Part shown: positions 26,749-31,609 of the stretch, in pieces
How the letters are laid out: every line of letters starts with the position of its first letter
Position numbering within the stretch: the first letter of the stretch is position 1
Origin: Polyangiaceae bacterium
Lineage (GTDB): Bacteria; Myxococcota_A; Polyangia; Polyangiales; Polyangiaceae
Assembly: GCA_046596645.1 (NCBI GenBank)
Contig: JBKJLX010000360.1
Span: 1 to 31,609 of the forward strand
DNA length: 31,609 nt
Direction of reading: 5' to 3'
Notes under the pieces: model-generated
Told to the model about the DNA's origin: nothing
Database searches by the model: none
Seen by the model: only the letters and a program-made list of their open reading frames with translations
Program-made: the position numbers and the translations under genes

Positions 26749-28422
26749 ATGAAGTCGTTCGCGCCACTGTCCCTTCTGGTCGCCCTTGCTGCCGCCGCCT
26801 GTTCAGACACCAGCTCGACGACGAGCGGGAGCTCGAGCGGCGAGGGCGGTGGAACAGGGGGAGCGAGCCCGTCGGTGACGTCGGCCGACTCGTCCTCGTC
26901 GGGCACCGACGTGGTGGTCACCAGCTCGTCGAGCGGCGACCCGACGGGCACCGGGGGGGGCGACGACACCACCGTCACCGGCACCGGGGGCTCCGGCGAG
27001 GGCGGCGCGACCGGCACCGGGGGGGGCGACGACAGCACCGTCACCGGCACCGGGGGCTCCGGCCAGGGAGGCGCCACCGGCACCGGCGGTGAGGGCACGA
27101 CCTCGTCGACCGGCGGCTCGGGGCAGGGCGGGGGCGCGTCCGATGAGGACGGCGACCGATTCACCATCGACGAGGGCGACTGCGCCGACGACAACGCGAG
27201 CGTCTTCCCGGGCGCGACCGAGGTCTGCAATCTCGTCGACGACAACTGCGACGGCACGGTCGACGAGGGCTTCGACGCCGACGCCGACGGCTTCAGCACA
27301 TGCAACGGCGACTGCAACGACGCCAACGCGGCGGTCAACCCCGACGCCGTCGAGGCCGACAACGACATCGACGACGACTGCAACGGCCGCGTCGACGAGA
27401 CGTTCGATGGCGACGGCGACGGCTTCACCCCCGACGGCGGCGACTGCGATGACCTGCAGGTCGCAATCAACCCCAGCGCGCTGGAGTTCGTCGGCAACAA
27501 CGCGGACGACGACTGCGACGGCGTGATCGATGAGGCGCTCGCCCCCTGCGATGGCGGCGCGCTCGATAGCAACAACCCGCTTGATTACGCTCGTGCCATT
27601 GGCCTCTGCAACGGCGAGGTGGTGAGCGCGACCTTCATCAGCGGATCCGCGACGGGGCGGCGCATCCTCTCCAGCTACGGGAGCAACGCGGCACCGCTGA
27701 ACCAGCCCGCCGAGGGCTCGAACATCATTCACCTCTCGTCGGGGACGGCGGACACGTCGACCAAGGACCCTGGCACGCCGTACGACGGAGACTACGCGCC
27801 CGTCGGGGGCACGAACAGTTGCACTTCGTCCGCCCACCCTGACCCGCTGCTGGACCCCGGTAACTGCGGCCAGGCCGATCCCGCGCTCGTCTGCGACAAG
27901 ACGGAGGTGGAGCTGCAGGTCCGCGTTCCGTCGAACGTGCAGTCGTTCAGCTATCAGTTCCAGTTCCTCTCCAGCGAGTACCCGACCTACCGCTGCACGG
28001 AGTACGACGACACGTTCCTGGCGATGCTGTCATCGCAAGCCCTGAACGGCGGGACGGCGACCAACATCTCCGTCGACGCCACCGGCCACGTCGTCAGCGT
28101 CAACAACGGCTTCTTCGACGTCTGCTTCAACGACAACCCGAACGCGTCCGGCGGGCCGCCGAACATCTGCCTCGAGGATCCGATCGCGACCCTCGAGGGA
28201 ACCGGGTACTCGCCGTCCGGAGGAAGCGCGCCGGAGAGCTCGATCGGCTCCGGCGCCACGAACCCACTGACCACCAGGTCGCCCGTCATCCCCGGCGAGG
28301 TCATCACGATCCGCTACATCATCTTCGACGAGGGGGATGACATCCTCGACTCGAGTGTCCTCGTCGACGACTGGCGCTGGTCGCTCGACCCCGCCGCTGG
28401 CCCCTCCACCAACCCCACCTGA
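26749..28422 (+). CDS. Secreted lipoprotein with a Gly/Ser/Thr-rich linker, four Cys/Asp-rich 'putative metal-binding motif' repeats of the Myxococcales type (...DxDxDGFxxCxGDCDDxxxxxNPxAxExxNxxDDDCNGxxDE...), and a C-terminal ~300-aa domain.
   Basis: Frame of track ORF 26509..28422 (+), starting at the ATG at 26749 (MKSFAPLSLLVALAAAACSD, lipobox AAAC). The repeat is read four times in the translation at aa ~160-300. Confidence 0.75.
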   Translation: MKSFAPLSLLVALAAAACSDTSSTTSGSSSGEGGGTGGASPSVTSADSSSSGTDVVVTSSSSGDPTGTGGGDDTTVTGTGGSGEGGATGTGGGDDSTVTGTGGSGQGGATGTGGEGTTSSTGGSGQGGGASDEDGDRFTIDEGDCADDNASVFPGATEVCNLVDDNCDGTVDEGFDADADGFSTCNGDCNDANAAVNPDAVEADNDIDDDCNGRVDETFDGDGDGFTPDGGDCDDLQVAINPSALEFVGNNADDDCDGVIDEALAPCDGGALDSNNPLDYARAIGLCNGEVVSATFISGSATGRRILSSYGSNAAPLNQPAEGSNIIHLSSGTADTSTKDPGTPYDGDYAPVGGTNSCTSSAHPDPLLDPGNCGQADPALVCDKTEVELQVRVPSNVQSFSYQFQFLSSEYPTYRCTEYDDTFLAMLSSQALNGGTATNISVDATGHVVSVNNGFFDVCFNDNPNASGGPPNICLEDPIATLEGTGYSPSGGSAPESSIGSGATNPLTTRSPVIPGEVITIRYIIFDEGDDILDSSVLVDDWRWSLDPAAGPSTNPT

Positions 28423-28485
28423 GCGCGCCCGGCGACGGCCCGTCGCTCGCGCATCTTCGACATGCAGCGGGACGGGTTCTCGGCC

Positions 28486-29039
28486 TCAGTACTCGTCGTC
28501 CACGTCCTTGCGGGTCGCGTTCCAGATCTCGACGTACTTGCCGCGTACGCTCGCATCGAGATCGGCTCCGAGCTCGAGGCCGAGCGATGCGTGGCGCACC
28601 AGCTCCTGAACGTCGGCGAGGTCCTTCATGCGGTCGGGATTGCTCATGCCCGATGCAAGCTTCAGCTCGATGAGGGCGCGGACGGAGAGCACCCGATAGC
28701 CGTCTCCCAGCTCGGCCGTTCCCGGGTCCGGAAAGCAGACCGGCTTCGGGAGGCCGTCGCCCGGATAATCACCGGCGATGAGGACGTCGATCTTCACGTT
28801 CGCCTCGGTGTCTCGCATCCCCCTCGAGCCAGGGAAGCGCTCGACCCACCCGCGGCCGAGGTGCAGCGCCTTGAAGCGAGCCAGGCCCTCGAGCGTCAGG
28901 AGGACGTCGACGTCGGTGGTCACGCGACGGTAGCCGTGCGCGTTCAGCGCCATGGCTCCAGCGATCGCGTACGGGATCCCGTCTGCCTCGAGCGCGCCGG
29001 TGAGGCGCCGGAGGGCGTGGTGGACGTCGCCGCGACCCA
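28486..29039 (-). CDS. Nucleotidyltransferase-fold (minimal NTase) protein. The start is uncertain; the track ORF extends to 29193.
   Basis: Track ORF 28486..29193 (-). NTase signature: ...IPYAIAGAMALNAHGYRRVTTDVDVLLT..., a G[GA]x9-13DxD pattern. The likely start is an internal ATG at ~29039 (MGRGDVHHALRRL...). The upstream part is low complexity. Confidence 0.45.
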
Positions 29040-29300
29040 TGAAGAATTTTTCCGCGGATTCTGCAGCGTCCCAGAAGCCTCCCGATCCCCCGGTGGCTGC
29101 CGCTCCGCTGCGCGAGGTCACGGCCTCATCGTACGCGATGCGGGCATGCCGGATCGCGGCCGGTCGGCGCCAGGAAGCTGGCAGCGGCCGCACCCCCGGC
29201 GACCTCGTAGACCCGGCGGCCAGGATGGTGGAAAGGAGTGAACCCGTCGCCCGGTCCGCCTCCTTCCTTGGCCCTCCCCCCTCCCAGAACGAGCCCCACC

Positions 29301-30617
29301 ATGCGCTTCAGCGTAAGCACCGTGTCTCTCCTCGCGCTCCTGGTCGCCGGCGTCGCTGCTTGCGGCGACGACACCACCACCGAGGGCTCCGGCGGCGGCG
29401 CCGCCGGTACGGGTGGCAGCGACGGCAGCGGGGGCGACGCGTCCTCGCCCGCCGCCACGACCACCACCGGCGGCTCGACGACCACTAGCGGGTCGTCGTC
29501 GGGGGGCCACGGCGGAGGCGCGCCCACCGGCTCGGGCGGTGGCGGGGGCTCGTCGGTCGGGTGCCGTGAGGCGGCTCCGGCGGACCGCGATCGCTTCGTG
29601 GTCGTCGGACGCCCAGCGGTCCCCGACTACCAGGTACTCGTGCTGTCGGAGGCCGGGGAGCTCTCCGCCACCGAGCACACGTTCACCATGGGGGAAGCGA
29701 ACGACGTCCCCATCGCCTTCACGCCCGACGGCCAGATCGGCGTCGCCGTCCAGAACGACGGATCGCTCGGCGTCTTCACCCTCGCCGCGGACGGGACGCC
29801 CACCGTGATCGATCCGGCGTTCCAGCCCGGCGGGAACATGGAGTTCTACGCCTCCGACGTGACCATGAGCCTCGAGGGGGACCACGTCATCACCGTGAGC
29901 CAGAACTGGCCGGAGGACGGCGGCGGCCTGTACCGGGTCGACCTCGATTGCGCGACCGGCACTCCGACGCTCGTCGGCAAGCAGATCGAGTCGAAGAACG
30001 CGTGGAGCGTCCTGCCCTTGGGCGGGGGCCGGTGGGCGGTCGCGGGCAAGGGCGCCGGCGGCGTCGAGGACGGGACCGAGGTCCACGACATTCGCGAGGG
30101 CGACCCCTGGACCCGCGCGGGTGGCGCCGAGGCGTTCCCCCACGAGGACGCCATCATGGACGGCTTCGCCGCGGCGCGCGACGGGTCGTTCGTCCTCGTC
30201 GGCGACACCGCGTCGTTCATTCCGGAGCCGAACAGCGTCAGCTTCGTCGGTGTCGACGCCGCCGGGGTCACCGCGACGGGCACGCCGGTCGAGGTGGAGG
30301 ACCCCTACGCCATCCTCGTCGGCCCCTCGAGCCGCGTCGCGCTCATCGCGTCGGGCTTCGGCGATGCCCTCCTCGTCGCCGACGTCGATCCGACGGCGGA
30401 GGAGCCGATCGCGATCCGCGGCGAGGTCGACTACGTCACCAACCCCCAGCTGCCGGGGAAGATGACGATGGTCCAGCGGGGCAGCCTGGATGGGCTGGTC
30501 CTCGGCAGCGACGTCGGCGGCGTTCGCATCGTCCGCTTCGTCGACGACGACGTCGTCGACTACGGCGTGTTCACCGACTCGGGCAGCAACGTGATCGGAA
30601 TCGGCATCCAGCCTTGA
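29301..30617 (+). CDS. Lipoprotein of unknown function (~438 aa) with a Gly/Ser/Thr-rich linker and a beta-rich body.
   Basis: Frame of track ORF 29238..30617 (+), starting at the ATG at 29301 (MRFSVSTVSLLALLVAGVAACGDD, lipobox VAAC). No family was recognised. Confidence 0.6.
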   Translation: MRFSVSTVSLLALLVAGVAACGDDTTTEGSGGGAAGTGGSDGSGGDASSPAATTTTGGSTTTSGSSSGGHGGGAPTGSGGGGGSSVGCREAAPADRDRFVVVGRPAVPDYQVLVLSEAGELSATEHTFTMGEANDVPIAFTPDGQIGVAVQNDGSLGVFTLAADGTPTVIDPAFQPGGNMEFYASDVTMSLEGDHVITVSQNWPEDGGGLYRVDLDCATGTPTLVGKQIESKNAWSVLPLGGGRWAVAGKGAGGVEDGTEVHDIREGDPWTRAGGAEAFPHEDAIMDGFAAARDGSFVLVGDTASFIPEPNSVSFVGVDAAGVTATGTPVEVEDPYAILVGPSSRVALIASGFGDALLVADVDPTAEEPIAIRGEVDYVTNPQLPGKMTMVQRGSLDGLVLGSDVGGVRIVRFVDDDVVDYGVFTDSGSNVIGIGIQP

Positions 30618-30621
30618 GCCT

Positions 30622-30716
30622 CCCGGCGATCGCAGCGGCGTCCGGTTCCGGTTCCGGTTCCGGTTCCGGTTCCGGTTCCGGTTCCGGTTCCGGTTCCGCT
30701 TCCGGTTCCGGTTCCG
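30622..30716. repeat. Hexanucleotide microsatellite (GGTTCC)n, about 15 units with one GCTTCC variant. It is intergenic, between the lipoprotein gene and the FKBP gene.
   Basis: Read directly: ccggttccggttccggttcc... at 30622-30716. Confidence 0.9.
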
Positions 30717-30850
30717 ATGTCCGGTGCCGGTTGCTCCGCGCAGGCGGCGAGGCCCAGCAGGACGACGAGGAGCACGCGCACGCGCAGGGGTACGCCCGGC
30801 GCGCCTCGTGGCTTCCGCGGACGGGCCCCGGCCGTGGTAAGTCGCGACGC

Positions 30851-31441
30851 ATGCGAGTCCCCTCGATCCTGGCCCTCACGTTCGCGGCCCTCGTCGCGGC
30901 CGGCTGCAGCGATCCAATACCCGAGCCCGAGCCCGCGCCCAGGCCGGCGAAGAGCGCCGACGCGAAGAAGGAGGAGCCGGCCGAGCTGGTGAAGGAGGAC
31001 ACCGCCGCCGGCACCGGCGGTCGCGAGGTGAAGAAGGGCGACGAGATCCGCGTCCACTACACCGGTCGTCTCTGGAGGAACGGCTTCAAGTTCGACTCCT
31101 CGGTGGGGAAAGACCCCTTCGACCTGAAGGTCGGCGAGGGCGTCATCGAGGGGTGGAGCGAGGGCGTGGTCGGCATGAAGAAGGGTGGGAAGCGCAAGCT
31201 CACCATCCCGGCGAAGCTCGGCTACGGCGAGCGCGGCAGCCCGCCGAAGATCCCGGGGGACGCCGCCCTGGTCTTCGACATCGAGATGCTGGGGTGGAAG
31301 GACGAGGTGGCCCCGGCGGCCAGCGGCTCCGCCGCCGCGGGGAAGGCGGAGGGCGAGAAGCCCCCGAAGAAGGACGGCGGCAGGAAGAGCGACACGAAGA
31401 AGACGGCGGCGGCGCCGCCGCCCACCGGTCACGACCACTGA
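30851..31441 (+). CDS. FKBP-type peptidyl-prolyl cis-trans isomerase lipoprotein.
   Basis: Frame of track ORF 29948..31441 (+), starting at the ATG at 30851 (MRVPSILALTFAALVAAGCSD). FKBP core: ...IRVHYTGRLWRNGFKFDSSVGKDPFDLKVGEGVIEGWSEGVVGMKKGGKRKLTIPAKLGYGERGSPPKIPGDAALVFDIEML.... Confidence 0.85.
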   Translation: MRVPSILALTFAALVAAGCSDPIPEPEPAPRPAKSADAKKEEPAELVKEDTAAGTGGREVKKGDEIRVHYTGRLWRNGFKFDSSVGKDPFDLKVGEGVIEGWSEGVVGMKKGGKRKLTIPAKLGYGERGSPPKIPGDAALVFDIEMLGWKDEVAPAASGSAAAGKAEGEKPPKKDGGRKSDTKKTAAAPPPTGHDH

Positions 31442-31609
31442 TGGTGAAGGACGGATCCATGGCCCAGCGCAACCTCGACCGGTTCGACGCTCCGAAGCTC
31501 GAGGCGCTCGTGGAGACGATGGTCCTCGCGGCGCACGCCAACGGCGAGTTCACCGAGGAGGAGCGCACCCACCTCCTCGGCAGCGTGCTGACCCTCACCG
31601 ATCGCCGCC
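31441..31609 (+). CDS. TerB-like (tellurite-resistance TerB / DjlA N-terminal-like) protein. Partial: only the N-terminus is in the window.
   Basis: The ATG at 31441 overlaps the FKBP stop (TGATG). The translation reads MVKDGSMAQRNLDRFDAPKLEALVETMVLAAHANGEFTEEERTHLLGSVLTLTDRR. The ADG.F...E...L pattern is TerB-like. Confidence 0.45.
   Translation, partial: MVKDGSMAQRNLDRFDAPKLEALVETMVLAAHANGEFTEEERTHLLGSVLTLTDRR

Noticed and set aside
1-31609. Search for CRISPR arrays, tRNA or rRNA genes, IS elements and integrases.
   Set aside because: No direct repeats of 25-40 bp with spacers were seen. No tRNA-like cloverleaf-sized conserved segments stood out. No transposase or integrase motifs appeared in any frame. 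The only repeats are the short in-gene tandem repeats and the hexanucleotide microsatellite reported above.

Overview
This is a very GC-rich (~70%+) bacterial chromosomal window. The codon bias, the many lipoproteins with Gly/Ser/Thr-rich linkers, the Ser/Thr kinases, FHA/GGDEF signalling genes and a Cys/Asp-rich 'putative metal-binding motif' lipoprotein suggest Myxococcota (Sorangiineae-like); that is inference, not a database result. Most long ORFs in the six-frame track are antisense 'shadow' ORFs produced by the GC content. The real genes are listed below with starts refined by hand; coordinates include the stop codon, as the track does.

Gene order:
- 1-14047, all minus strand and tightly spaced: NfeD-like membrane protein, then a short SPFH-domain protein (start overlaps the NfeD stop), then a remnant with an HExxH motif, then two Uma2-family (DUF820) genes carrying perfect tandem peptide repeats, then a full-length flotillin. 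A 36-nt gap separates flotillin from a 2067-aa AAA+ (MoxR/AAA_5-like) giant protein, and a 22-nt gap separates that from a Ser/Thr kinase that runs off the left edge.
- 14128-18620, plus strand: K+-channel-like protein with a GYD filter, an FHA-GGDEF diguanylate cyclase, then murF and murD with overlapping stop/start and no mraY or murE.
- 18639-20782, minus strand: lipoprotein then di-heme cytochrome c peroxidase, with start and stop overlapping (MbnP/MbnH-like pair).
- 20864-31609: CPA2 antiporter with RCK domains, FAD/ALO-type oxidase, small Cys-rich lipoprotein, OPT transporter, metal-binding-motif lipoprotein, nucleotidyltransferase-fold protein, another lipoprotein, a (GGTTCC)n microsatellite, an FKBP lipoprotein and a partial TerB-like gene.

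The most interesting candidate for an undescribed system is the operon of flotillin, the giant AAA+ protein and the kinase, together with the upstream NfeD and short SPFH genes and the repeat-bearing Uma2 pair.
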